A stretch of DNA of 64,000 nucleotides from Candidatus Aminicenantes bacterium. GTDB taxonomy: Bacteria; Acidobacteriota; Aminicenantia; Aminicenantales; JAFGBC01. The translations under genes and the position numbers were made by a program. Shown piece by piece: positions 27,397 through 36,757 of this stretch; position 1 is the first letter of the stretch, and each line of letters begins with the position of its first letter. The notes beneath the pieces were generated by a model. That model saw only the letters and a program-made list of their open reading frames with translations. It was not told the DNA's origin and did not search any database. The stretch is taken from contig OY969696.1 in the NCBI GenBank assembly GCA_963702005.1, positions 3,904,001 through 3,968,000 on the forward strand, given 5' to 3'.

Positions 27397-29337
27397 TCAC
27401 TTGTCCTCACTCTCCTGAATCCCAAGCGAGCGCCGCATCTTGCGTTCAAAGGCCGATGCAAGTCTGACCTCGAGTGCTCTCTTGGCTGTCTTCAGGCTTG
27501 TTCCGAACACCAGATTCAACAGGCCGAACACTGCCGCAAAGCCCAGAGCGACAGGGAGAATCAGTCTCGCCCAACCAAAAGACAACTTGGGAAACGGCTC
27601 AGGCAGAGTCGCGTACGCTGCCGCAAGCAAGAGCGGGAAGACGATTCCCATCGCGGCCGTAGAGACGACGGCAGCCCTTCGTACTGAGATGGATCGGACT
27701 CGCTCGGCCAGTTGTCTCTGCTTCTCCTTTGCAGCGGCTACGTCCTGCTCCGCCTTGAGTCTCCTATCTCGCTCGGCTTGGGCCTTCCGCTCTGACTCGG
27801 CTCTGATCTCGGCTAGAGCCAAGGAAAGCACCTCGTCAGGCGTGCCCTCGACGAACGCCGCCGGATCGCCGGCAGTCACATCCATGAGCATGCGCCGAGC
27901 TTCAGTAGAGAACCGAAGCACCATGTAGTCATCGTCGCCGATAGTGCCTTCCTCCTGAAGCTGGCTGATCCGCGCGAGGTACTTGCGCCAGAGCGACTCA
28001 GACGGTTGGTAGGACGTATGGCATGACGCGATCAGACGCTTCCTCGGTAGCTCAGGCGCTCGCGTCGGCGACTTCAGCCAAGCAAGCGTTGCCAAGACAT
28101 GGTCGAGGACTGCCGGGGGCACGCTGGGCTGCTTCCTGGAGCCGCAGAAGAACTCTGCTCCGACCTGTGCCAATGCGGCATTGGAGGTGACGAAGATGGC
28201 CTTGCATGACTCCAGATCTCCTATGAGCCGTCCCCGTCTGATACGATGTATTGATGTAAGAGCGTCGATGTCGTGGTGGAGAGACTCGTCGTGCTTGTAC
28301 AGAATGCGCGCCCGAAGGGCCTTCTCCAGAGCGGCTTCATCAACGCCAAGGGGATTCTCGTGCTCAGGGCGCTGCTTGACCCTGATGCGACGACTGGAGA
28401 GAAGAGACGGTAGCTTGCCTATCTTCAGCTCCACACTGCTTGACGTAATCCCCTCTTTCAGTAGGAACTCGTCGAGTTCGAAGTGCGGGTCTCCCCTGGA
28501 CGGAGCCGACTTGAGAGCATGCGAGGTTGCGCTGAGTACTCTTCGAACCTCCTCGAGAGTCGAGTCGAAGCAGCAGAGCTGGGCATTCAGCTGGTAAAGG
28601 AGCTCGAGAAGCTCGATCGTTGGTGCCTGCAGAGCCGGTGTGGCCATGCCGATCGCCCTTAGAACTATGGGCGTGTCCAAGTACATCTGCACATCCTCGA
28701 ACCGCTGCTCGACCTCGCCGAGGTTCGGGTACAGAAGGACATTGGCCAGCATGCTACCTTTCACGATCATTTCGAGGTCCGAGAACAGCGTCGGCTCCTC
28801 TTCGCATATGTGCTGACTGAATGATGCTGCTAGGAAGGTGGCTCGACCCGACGCCGAATCTGGTAGTGCAAGTGGACTCCCCTCAACGACCGACATCAGG
28901 ATTGGAACAGACTGCCCTTCGACATATGAGAGAAGCGCCTCCTCTGCCGCTTCCCTAGATAGTTCGAGGCTGTGCTTCCTATGAACGTACGCGATGAAGG
29001 CATCAATCAGGGAGTTCACTCGGCGTAGGGCGGCTGCACGAGCATTGGATGTGTCGTACTTGGCGAGAGCATCCGGTAGTCTCAAGTAGACTCGGTTCTG
29101 AAGCTTGACCAGCCCTCGCTTGTAGGCCCGTCCCAGAATCGTCTTCAAGGCACCGAGCGGGATGTTGAATCCAAAGAGGACACGGACACCCTGCTGCAGC
29201 TGTCCCAAGGAAATCTGGTCCTGCGAGGCGTCCGACAGAGCCTCTGCGACGAAGGGCACGAAGCCCTCGATATAGTCGTGGCCGCGGTCCCAATTGACCT
29301 GCAGAATAGCGAGGCTCGCTAGTGCTCTGTCAGACAA
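27397..29337 (-). CDS. Integron cassette protein, 646 aa: PIN-like motifs, coiled coil and two C-terminal TM helices
   Basis: YLDTPIV, HDIDAL, FVTSN; hydrophobic C-terminal segments; bounded by an attI-like site and an attC. Confidence 0.65.
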   Translation of the reverse strand: MSDRALASLAILQVNWDRGHDYIEGFVPFVAEALSDASQDQISLGQLQQGVRVLFGFNIPLGALKTILGRAYKRGLVKLQNRVYLRLPDALAKYDTSNARAAALRRVNSLIDAFIAYVHRKHSLELSREAAEEALLSYVEGQSVPILMSVVEGSPLALPDSASGRATFLAASFSQHICEEEPTLFSDLEMIVKGSMLANVLLYPNLGEVEQRFEDVQMYLDTPIVLRAIGMATPALQAPTIELLELLYQLNAQLCCFDSTLEEVRRVLSATSHALKSAPSRGDPHFELDEFLLKEGITSSSVELKIGKLPSLLSSRRIRVKQRPEHENPLGVDEAALEKALRARILYKHDESLHHDIDALTSIHRIRRGRLIGDLESCKAIFVTSNAALAQVGAEFFCGSRKQPSVPPAVLDHVLATLAWLKSPTRAPELPRKRLIASCHTSYQPSESLWRKYLARISQLQEEGTIGDDDYMVLRFSTEARRMLMDVTAGDPAAFVEGTPDEVLSLALAEIRAESERKAQAERDRRLKAEQDVAAAKEKQRQLAERVRSISVRRAAVVSTAAMGIVFPLLLAAAYATLPEPFPKLSFGWARLILPVALGFAAVFGLLNLVFGTSLKTAKRALEVRLASAFERKMRRSLGIQESEDK

Positions 29338-29383
29338 CGTCTTGTCTCCTTCGAACGTGGAGCTCTTCGAATCTCAAGGCGCG

Positions 29384-29560
29384 CTCTAACAATAATTAGA
29401 TTGATCCGTATAAGATGCGGAGTTCCGGTTTTCTGTCCGTATAACATGCCATGGGATTTCTTGCCGAAGGCGCGGTAACCCGTTTGCATTCATTTGCTTG
29501 CCGCCTGTCCAGCGGTTCGGCGCGGCATCTTATATGGATCGACATAACACAACCTCCTTG
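29384..29560 (-). other. Second (orphan) attI-like region
   Basis: CTAA-6 bp-TTAG core with GTTAGAG crossover; block-wise homologous to 36585-36757. Confidence 0.7.
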
Positions 29561-29862
29561 AATGGTTTCGAAGCCCCCCATGAACATAGATATACTTTAT
29601 TACTCTGATTCGGAGGATGTCAAGAACCGGAAGCACAGACCAATAGTCACAGGAGCGCAGCTGAAGAGACCGCCCTGAGGAAATAATTATCAGAGCTTTA
29701 AACATGCCATGGACGACTTGTTGGACTGGTTAGGGACGGAGAAGGCAGGAATGACATCCTTATGAAAAATAAGGCAGGGCTTGAAGGCGAGCCGCATCTC
29801 GGCCTTAGTGACGCGGAGATCGATTTTTCTATTGACATTTCTATCGTCATTTGGCATGATAA

Positions 29863-31032
29863 TTGACGACTATGGCGACAGTACAACCTTCATCAGCAAC
29901 CTGGGTTCCCCGTCTGCTGGACCTGCCCGGCCTCATTGAGAAGCGATCTCACTTCCTATTCGGACCGCGGCAGACCGGCAAGACCTCTCTCGTCCGTCGT
30001 TCTCTCAAAGAGGCGAAGGTCTATGATCTCCTTGACACCTCGGTTTTCCTCGTCCTCAGCCGGAATCCCGGCCGAATCTCGGAAGAACTGGGACCCAGGG
30101 ATTCGATCGTGGTGATCGACGAGATCCAGCGTCTGCCGATCCTTTTAAACGAGGTGCATCGCTTGATCGAATCGAGGGGTGTGCGGTTCTTGCTGACGGG
30201 ATCGAGCGCCCGGAAGCTCCGGCGCGGCGGCATCAATCTGCTCGGCGGGCGAGCCCGGATAAAAAAACTTCACCCGCTAACTTGGAAAGAGCTGGGAGAC
30301 CGATTCGACCTGGGCCGGGCGATGGATAGAGGACTGCTCCCATCGATCTACTTTTCGGATGATCCCCGAGCCGATCTCCTGGCTTATGCCGGGACGTACC
30401 TGCAACAGGAGATCATTGCGGAAGGCACGGTCCGCAACGTGCCCGCGTTCAGCCGGTTCCTGAAAGTCGCCGCGCACTGCAACGCGACCGTCGTGAACTT
30501 CACCAACGTGGCCAACGACGCCCAAGTGGCCCGGACGACCGTCTATGAATATTTCGAAATTCTGAAAGATACGCTCGTTTTACATGAGCTTCCTGCCTGG
30601 AGGAAGACGAAAAAAAGGAAGCCGTTTGCCTCGTCGAAATATTATTTCTTTGACGTGGGCGTCGCGGGATCGCTCCAGGGAAGAGCGTTCAGGCCGGGGA
30701 CACCCGAATTCGGCGAGGCCTTCGAAACTTTTCTCATGCATGAGCTTTCCAGCCATGCGGATTATGTGTCCGGGGAAGCGCTCGGTTACTGGCGTTCGAA
30801 ATCCGGTTTCGAGGTGGATTTCATCCTGGGAGACCATACGGCCGTGGAAGCTAAAGCCAAGGAGAATGTGTCGCCCCAGGATTTGAGGTCTCTTCGGGCG
30901 TTGGCCGAAGAGAAGATGCTCAAGCGTTATCTCTGCGTCTCCCTGGAGCGCCGCCCCCGGACCGTGGAAGGCGTCACCGTCCTTCCGTTCAAGACATTTC
31001 TGGAAGCCCTCTGGGCTGGGGAATACCTATAG
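29863..31032 (+). CDS. AAA_14 ATPase with DUF4143 C-terminal domain
   Basis: GPRQTGKT, IDEIQ, LTGSS, KYYFFDVG, YWRS..EVDF..EAK. Confidence 0.9.
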   Translation: MTTMATVQPSSATWVPRLLDLPGLIEKRSHFLFGPRQTGKTSLVRRSLKEAKVYDLLDTSVFLVLSRNPGRISEELGPRDSIVVIDEIQRLPILLNEVHRLIESRGVRFLLTGSSARKLRRGGINLLGGRARIKKLHPLTWKELGDRFDLGRAMDRGLLPSIYFSDDPRADLLAYAGTYLQQEIIAEGTVRNVPAFSRFLKVAAHCNATVVNFTNVANDAQVARTTVYEYFEILKDTLVLHELPAWRKTKKRKPFASSKYYFFDVGVAGSLQGRAFRPGTPEFGEAFETFLMHELSSHADYVSGEALGYWRSKSGFEVDFILGDHTAVEAKAKENVSPQDLRSLRALAEEKMLKRYLCVSLERRPRTVEGVTVLPFKTFLEALWAGEYL

Positions 31033-31310
31033 GAAATTAGCGGAATGGGTTTTTGGCTCCTGCCAATAGTCTAGATCATAATCGGTCGTGTTAAACACTC
31101 GGACCCACATCTCTTGGCTGAGAAAGCCGCCAAAGTTCTTGGTGAAGCCTGCTCCGGTCAAATCATCGACTCCCCGGCCTGAAGGCCGGGGCTTGTTCAT
31201 GATTAACCCTGAGCCTCGCTCTCATCCCCGCCTTGAAAGGCGGGGCTTGGCGTCGGCGAAAGGGTCAACAGGTAACGGTTGGCCGCATTCAAGCTTGAAC
31301 TCAACTCCAA
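31027..31310 (-). pseudogene. Truncated SIR2-like cassette gene interrupted by the MITE
   Basis: Removing 31161-31267 restores ..NAANRYLLTGAGFTKNFGGFLSQEMWVRVFN.. directly after the attC R' box. Confidence 0.65.
31157..31267. mobile_element. Palindromic MITE/PATE-like element, copy 3
   Basis: GTCA at 31157-60 and 31264-67 (107 bp apart); hairpins CCCCGGCCTGAAGGCCGGGG and CCCCGCCTTGAAAGGCGGGG. Confidence 0.85.
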
Positions 31311-31366
31311 TCTAACGCCATGATGAGCCGCGACTGTAAGGAGTCGGCTCCACCAATTCGTTAGCC
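31310..31366 (-). other. attC site (57 bp)
   Basis: ATCTAAC..gagccg cgactgtaaggagt cggctc..GTTAGCC next to the DUF262 gene stop. Confidence 0.85.
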
Positions 31367-31367
31367 A

Positions 31368-32615
31368 TTATTCGTCTTCGTCTTGAGCCACTTCGTTTTC
31401 CGATAGAGGCTCAATCTTTCTTCTCCCATGAATTAGGTCATGGCAGTCGGGGCATAGAACCATTATGTTTTCCTGTTTCGTCTTGCCACCCTCGGAGTAT
31501 AGCTGTTTGTGATGGTACTCTGCTTCCCGGTGATTCTTGAATTTCCGAGAGCACATTTCGCACGTATGATGGATTGCAAAGAGAGCGATCTTTTCCTCAT
31601 CGGGTATTTGTCTCTTGTCATCCAGTTCCAGAACTTTGTGCTTGTTGAGAAATTCCTTGATCAGAATATCCCGGCGCAACGCGACTATCTTTTCCGTCCA
31701 GCCGCCCCGGACGTTGTCATAGAACCGCTGATAGTCGGTTTTTGATCTGCGAAAATCTTCGTTGTAAACCTTGCCATGGAAGTCTTGAACAAAGGCGAGC
31801 ACATTGCTTTCTTGGCCTACGAGGGAATAGCCCACCTGTAACTCCCTGATCATTGTGTAGACGGCGAGCACCCATGCGTGTTTCTCGAAACAGCTATACG
31901 GCCCGTTTTCGGCAGGAAAGCATTTTTCGAGATAGTTGAGCACGCGGGTGGCGGCCTTGTATTCCGGGGAGGCATCGCCAAGCGTTTTTTGATCATCAAA
32001 GAAGGTGTGCAGTTCGTTTGTGCCACATTGACGGGCTTTATACTTCTCGTAAAAGAGTATCCGGGCTGCATCTGGATATATACCGTACCGATTTTTTGCA
32101 ACAGCTGTTGATTTCGCCAAGAACGGATGGTGTGCTATTGAGCGCATGCTTTGGACGATTTCTCCAGGCTTGGCATTAAGACGCTCTCCTATCTGCAACG
32201 GTTTTCCACGCTGAAGTCTCGAAAATATAAGCCGAACGCGTTCATCGTCGTAATCTTCCATTATGTGGAAAGTAAGGGGGTAGTTCAAGAATTGCGTTTT
32301 CTGGTCATCATCCAGCGGGTTTTCGCCATTGAATGTTTTACCCCGATTGGCTAACCCTGAGAATCTCTCGCTCAGTTTTACTTTGTTGTCATAGAAGTTG
32401 GATATGCAATTGAGACGCTGTTGCCCATCCACGATATAAAAGACCCTCTTTGCCGAATCGAAGTTGAGAAAGAAAATGGGAATCGGCTCTCCGCGCAGAA
32501 TTGTATCTATGAAGCACTGATTGTCCTCATGCGACCAAGCGTCGCTCGGCCTTTGATACGTACGGTCGACTTTGTACTTGTTGCGATCATTGATGTATTG
32601 TTGGATGTTTGGCAT
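31368..32615 (-). CDS. DUF262 (GmrS/ParB-like) + HNH endonuclease cassette protein
   Basis: YQRP, VDGQQRL, FSRLQ; C-terminal CEMC..HH..GG...N..LCPDCH. Confidence 0.85.
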   Translation of the reverse strand: MPNIQQYINDRNKYKVDRTYQRPSDAWSHEDNQCFIDTILRGEPIPIFFLNFDSAKRVFYIVDGQQRLNCISNFYDNKVKLSERFSGLANRGKTFNGENPLDDDQKTQFLNYPLTFHIMEDYDDERVRLIFSRLQRGKPLQIGERLNAKPGEIVQSMRSIAHHPFLAKSTAVAKNRYGIYPDAARILFYEKYKARQCGTNELHTFFDDQKTLGDASPEYKAATRVLNYLEKCFPAENGPYSCFEKHAWVLAVYTMIRELQVGYSLVGQESNVLAFVQDFHGKVYNEDFRRSKTDYQRFYDNVRGGWTEKIVALRRDILIKEFLNKHKVLELDDKRQIPDEEKIALFAIHHTCEMCSRKFKNHREAEYHHKQLYSEGGKTKQENIMVLCPDCHDLIHGRRKIEPLSENEVAQDEDE

Positions 32616-32634
32616 TCCTCACCTCTTTTTCTAT

Positions 32635-32694
32635 GACTAACGTCACGGATTAGCGGCGCGGCTTGTCCGCGTCCGCTGCATGCGATTGTTAGCC
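32635..32694 (-). other. attC site (60 bp)
   Basis: GACTAAC..agcggcgcgg cttgt ccgcgtccgct..GTTAGCC; R'' overlaps the upstream gene's TAA. Confidence 0.85.
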
Positions 32695-33603
32695 CTCTTC
32701 TTCTGTTTCATCATTTCCGGGAGCGCTGGCTATGAAACTCAAACCGCTCGCTGATAACTTTGATGAAAACTCTTTTCGCGCCTTTGCAAGTGTCTGAAAG
32801 TAATTGCGGAATGCGTCGGACTGACTCTTTGCCCATGCTTGAGACTTGGGCAGTGGCACAACAATTTCTCGGTAGCGGGAGCCGCAGTCCTCGCGGTTGG
32901 TTTGCATAAGCGCGATGCGACGCCATTGATTTCTTACCGCACTGAGACACAAGGCCCAAAAGAGGTAGAAGGGGTCCCAAACAGAGGCGTCAACAACGCG
33001 AAACACAAACATCTCCTTGGTAAGAACAGCTTGTTCTTCGCCCGGCACAATGATTGCGAACTCGCCTATGTTACTGCTCGCCCGGTTGGGCGTCAGAACA
33101 TCCCATGCACGCAGTCCGCTACTCTTGCCGCGCCAGAACCTCTCGGCAACCTTGGTGGTAACGAGGTTCGTGGGATTGATGTTCATGCGCATGGCGCGGA
33201 TATCAGAAACCTTGATGTAGGGGATTGTTCCCGCTCTTTGGTCGTTTCCCGGACTTCCGTGTCCGCCTCGGACGGTGAGAATCTTTGCGTCAAGAAGTGC
33301 TCCAAGCGTGATCCCCTCCGTGCCGAGGTCGCGAAGCGTTTCCCGTATGGGATGATTATAACGGTCATCGTAGTATGTCGGGACAATAACGCCGGTTGTA
33401 AAGACAACCGACTCCTTCACATCGAACCGACAGGTTGATGCCGATCCGTCAACATACGCGTCAACGGCCGCAATCAGTTCATTGTCAACCTCTTCCGTCC
33501 GCTTGCCTGTCGCCGGGTCGGTCTTGTACCGGATGCCGCCACTCTTGTATATCCCGCAGGTCTTAGGGTTCAGGAACGTTACCTTGTGCTGTTTTGTGCT
33601 CAT
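32689..33603 (-). CDS. RM specificity (TRD/HsdS-like) subunit
   Basis: GHGSP, IPYIKVSDI, DVLT..R, DPFYLFWAL, EIVVPLP; ATGA-coupled to the methylase. Confidence 0.7.
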   Translation of the reverse strand: MSTKQHKVTFLNPKTCGIYKSGGIRYKTDPATGKRTEEVDNELIAAVDAYVDGSASTCRFDVKESVVFTTGVIVPTYYDDRYNHPIRETLRDLGTEGITLGALLDAKILTVRGGHGSPGNDQRAGTIPYIKVSDIRAMRMNINPTNLVTTKVAERFWRGKSSGLRAWDVLTPNRASSNIGEFAIIVPGEEQAVLTKEMFVFRVVDASVWDPFYLFWALCLSAVRNQWRRIALMQTNREDCGSRYREIVVPLPKSQAWAKSQSDAFRNYFQTLAKARKEFSSKLSASGLSFIASAPGNDETEEEG

Positions 33604-35231
33604 GGTCGCGTGGACACCTTCTCAAATACATAAAAGTTCGTCTTGGCTCGGCAAAAACCTTGGAATGCCTCCATCGGGATGTTTGCAACAACCACAGGGC
33701 GGAGCCTGGGTTTAATCCATTCAGTCACGAAACTATAGTTCGGGGAGAAGAAGTATGTTTCTGGCAGAACAATCCCAACCCGACCCCCCTTCCTCAATAA
33801 TTGGTAGGCCCGTTGCAAAAACAACAGCCCTATCTCCAAGTCTCGGAATCCGCCATCCTCCTGAGCAGCTATCGTGAGATTGGAGAGACGACTGTCTTTC
33901 GCAGAGACTTTCAGATTCTTTCCGAATGGAGGATTGGTCAAGACGACGGAAAATCGTCCATCTCTGAACGTGCCTGATGACAGATGCGGGAAATCAGTAG
34001 CCCACTTGTGCGTGCGCACAGAGTCGCCACGAGCGCAGTGAGCCGAGCCATCCCCGGCGATTTGCATAATGGCCTTTGTCAGTTTTAGGCCGATGGCGTC
34101 TTTCTCGATTCCAAAGATGTGAGTCTGAGACCATTTGGAAAGGCCGGAGTCAGTCATCTTGGGGAAACGTCGTTTCATTTCAATCATGCTCTGCACAAGA
34201 AAGCCGCCAGTTCCACATGCCGGATCGATTACGATATCTGATTGTTCAAGTCTCATGAGGCGGACTCCAGCCTCGATTACCGCTTGGGGAGTGAAATACT
34301 GGCCTTCTCCCTGTTTCAGTGCTTCGCTGCGAAGCACCTGAAAGGCCACGGCAACCGAGGCCATGCCCATATCCAGCAAACGGAGACCTGATAAAGCGTC
34401 AACACATGCTGTTATTGTGTCGTCGGATAGGCGAAGCCTCTTGTCGTTGTCCGTGGTGAAGGTCTCGGGATAGACGTCGGCCAGGTTCTCGAATGCCTCG
34501 CGCACAGCGGCGGCAGTCTTTTTCGCTGATTCCATTCGCCGGAAGATGACCGCACTTTCAGGGTCAGACTTGCCCTGTTTATCGCTCTCCAGTTTGATCA
34601 AGAGAAGATTGCAGAGCTGGTCGAGTTGTTCTTCCCGACGCGTTACCACGGTGTCGGATATCACAACCTTGTCCAAAAGATCAGAAATGACTTTGCGGAA
34701 TATCTGCTCGGTTGGTTCGACCAAGTCAGAATAAGTTGTTGTTTGGATATCTGGAGCAATCGGGTCGCCAGGCCGGGGCAGCTTGTCCAGTTCAAGTCGT
34801 TTAAGCAGCAGTCTGCCATCTGGACTGCGGTATAGGAATGCGCCTTTGGCTGATGCCTCGGGAGTGTTAACCCAGACACCAAGACTCGCGTGCGGCTCGC
34901 CAACGAAATAGCTCTCCAGTTGATTGACGCCCGCCTTCTCGTTCGGTTGTTTACATTCAACAATGAAGAGTAGGTGATTGGGGTCTCCGCGGTGGATTTC
35001 CCCATCGAACACGGCGATATCCACAGGAAAGCCAGCGAAGCTCTGGCCCTTCTCCCGCTTTGTGGCTTCAGATGGCGTCTTCGGAATTCGCCACTCTGTC
35101 TTTCCGAAGATCATCTGCCCAACTTTCCACCCTCGCGAGACGAGTAGGTTTACCAGTGGACCAACGACGCCGTACTGTTCCTTGGTCTCCTTAAGGACGG
35201 AGACAACGTGTTCTTTGTAGTCGTACTTCAT
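33600..35231 (-). CDS. Restriction endonuclease-N6-adenine methyltransferase fusion (Type IIB/IIG-like)
   Basis: N-terminal PVDIA..IVECK PD-(D/E)xK; GQYFTP, DPACGTGGFL, TNPPFG, GIVLP. Confidence 0.85.
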   Translation of the reverse strand: MKYDYKEHVVSVLKETKEQYGVVGPLVNLLVSRGWKVGQMIFGKTEWRIPKTPSEATKREKGQSFAGFPVDIAVFDGEIHRGDPNHLLFIVECKQPNEKAGVNQLESYFVGEPHASLGVWVNTPEASAKGAFLYRSPDGRLLLKRLELDKLPRPGDPIAPDIQTTTYSDLVEPTEQIFRKVISDLLDKVVISDTVVTRREEQLDQLCNLLLIKLESDKQGKSDPESAVIFRRMESAKKTAAAVREAFENLADVYPETFTTDNDKRLRLSDDTITACVDALSGLRLLDMGMASVAVAFQVLRSEALKQGEGQYFTPQAVIEAGVRLMRLEQSDIVIDPACGTGGFLVQSMIEMKRRFPKMTDSGLSKWSQTHIFGIEKDAIGLKLTKAIMQIAGDGSAHCARGDSVRTHKWATDFPHLSSGTFRDGRFSVVLTNPPFGKNLKVSAKDSRLSNLTIAAQEDGGFRDLEIGLLFLQRAYQLLRKGGRVGIVLPETYFFSPNYSFVTEWIKPRLRPVVVANIPMEAFQGFCRAKTNFYVFEKVSTRP

Positions 35232-35283
35232 GATCTCCTACACTCATCATCTTGGCACGCATGCATCGGTGTCATTCTCTCCG

Positions 35284-35355
35284 GGCTAACGTCAGGGTTG
35301 ACCGGCGGGGGAACCGCTCGGCGGTTCACCCGTACGGTCCGACCCTTGGTTCGCC
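35284..35355 (-). other. attC site (72 bp)
   Basis: GGCTAAC..gggttgaccg..gaaccgctcggcggttc..cggtccgaccc..GTTCGCC. Confidence 0.85.
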
Positions 35356-36572
35356 CCTACAGTCTGAATGACTTTATACGCAGCTATCCAGACCGCGAAT
35401 GACCGTGACGGCAACCGGAACATCCCCTTCTTCCCCGGCATGGGAAGAAGAATGTGCTTCTTCGTCAGAGTGTGAAGTGCATTGCTTATGGTCCCCGTCT
35501 TCAGGCCCGATCGCTTAGTAATCTCCCCCCGCGACATGTATTGTTCGGGATTTACAGCTATCACTTGGAGCACCTTTCGGTAGTCATCCGAGTAGATTTC
35601 GCCCGTGTACATGTTCTCGAAGTAGCGCATGCCGAGTTGATGGAGCGCGCCGTTCTCTTTGGTCAGCCCAACGGCGACGTCAGTGCGAGAGATGACATTA
35701 TCCGTGTCGGTCTCGAACGCTGAGTATCCGTACTGCTGGATGAAGTGTGGATAACCTTCCGAGACGTTGACGAGGAGTTCGAGGGCATCAGCTTCGATGG
35801 CGGTTGGGAATCCATTCTTCTCCGCAGCTTCGTCAAGTGCCGACGAGAAAACGCTCCTTCGCTCTTCCGGTGCGAGAGGCCCTAATTCGAATGGCTGAAA
35901 GATGCGGACCGAGGACTCATGACTCTTCCTTAGCTTGCCAAGAACCTCAGTAATGCCGACCAGACCAAATGCCGTGTTGCCGCAACCTCTCTTTGCCAAT
36001 CTCTCGGTAAGCACCTTCATGCACTCTCCGAGATTAGCATGCGCCGGGGCCTTGTCGGCTTCGTCAATGAACACGAAGATTCCGGAACCGCGTTCCTTAA
36101 GGCGTGCGGCCACCGCTATCATCTTCTCTGCAAGCTCCTCAACGAGAACCTCCGGGCGGAGTTCCTCTTTGTTGTACTTGACGCCAAAGACCTCCCACCG
36201 CGTCAGAAACTCCCATAGATCCGATAGAGACTTCCGGACAGCCTCGCTTCGGTCAAGCGTCCTAGTGAACTCTCGTGCAATCTTCGCCGTCAACTCGGTG
36301 TAGGTGTCAGATGGCTCAAGCTCCACGTTGACTGTGAGTATGTCCAGCTTGCTGCCGTCCAGAGTCGGGATCGTCCCTCGTGCCACATTGTCCAGGAGAA
36401 ACAACAGAGAGGACTTGCCTATCCCGCGTTCACCATGGATCAAAAAACTTGTCGGGTTTCCGTTAACCGTCTGGAAGAATGCGTTCTCAATTGCGCGTAT
36501 CTCCGGGATGCGGCCGTGAAACATTCCTGGGTGGATGATTGACCCTGGCTTGAACGGGTTGTATTTCGGCAT
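35292..36572 (-). CDS. First cassette: AAA/STAND-like P-loop ATPase with a C-terminal winged helix
   Basis: YNPF.PG, GERGIGKS, FIDEAD, GYPHFIQ; SD AGGAGG before the ATG at 36572; stop codon lies inside the attC. Confidence 0.8.
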   Translation of the reverse strand: MPKYNPFKPGSIIHPGMFHGRIPEIRAIENAFFQTVNGNPTSFLIHGERGIGKSSLLFLLDNVARGTIPTLDGSKLDILTVNVELEPSDTYTELTAKIAREFTRTLDRSEAVRKSLSDLWEFLTRWEVFGVKYNKEELRPEVLVEELAEKMIAVAARLKERGSGIFVFIDEADKAPAHANLGECMKVLTERLAKRGCGNTAFGLVGITEVLGKLRKSHESSVRIFQPFELGPLAPEERRSVFSSALDEAAEKNGFPTAIEADALELLVNVSEGYPHFIQQYGYSAFETDTDNVISRTDVAVGLTKENGALHQLGMRYFENMYTGEIYSDDYRKVLQVIAVNPEQYMSRGEITKRSGLKTGTISNALHTLTKKHILLPMPGKKGMFRLPSRSFAVWIAAYKVIQTVGANQGSDRTGEPPSGSPAGQP

Positions 36573-36584
36573 CTGTATCCTCCT

Positions 36585-36757
36585 GGCTAACATATATTAG
36601 ATGGATCCGCATAAGATGCAATAATCTTGTATGTTGTCCGTATAAGACACCTTCCGATTTCTTGCCGAAGAGCCGAAAATACTCTCCTTTCAACGACTTG
36701 CTGCCCATCCGGCCATTTATTTCGGCATGTTATGCGGATCGGCATAAAACCTCCCTT
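36585..36757 (-). other. attI region at the 3' end of intI (inverted integron)
   Basis: Minus strand ATCTAATATAT-GTTAGCC core directly before the first cassette; repeated TCCGYATAA motifs. Confidence 0.75.

Noticed and set aside
29396-29886. Short ORFs next to the second attI as an intI remnant
   Set aside because: No integrase motifs in the translated frames
29863-31032. DUF4143 ATPase as an integron cassette
   Set aside because: Opposite orientation, own promoter-like sequence, and no matching attC/core boundaries found
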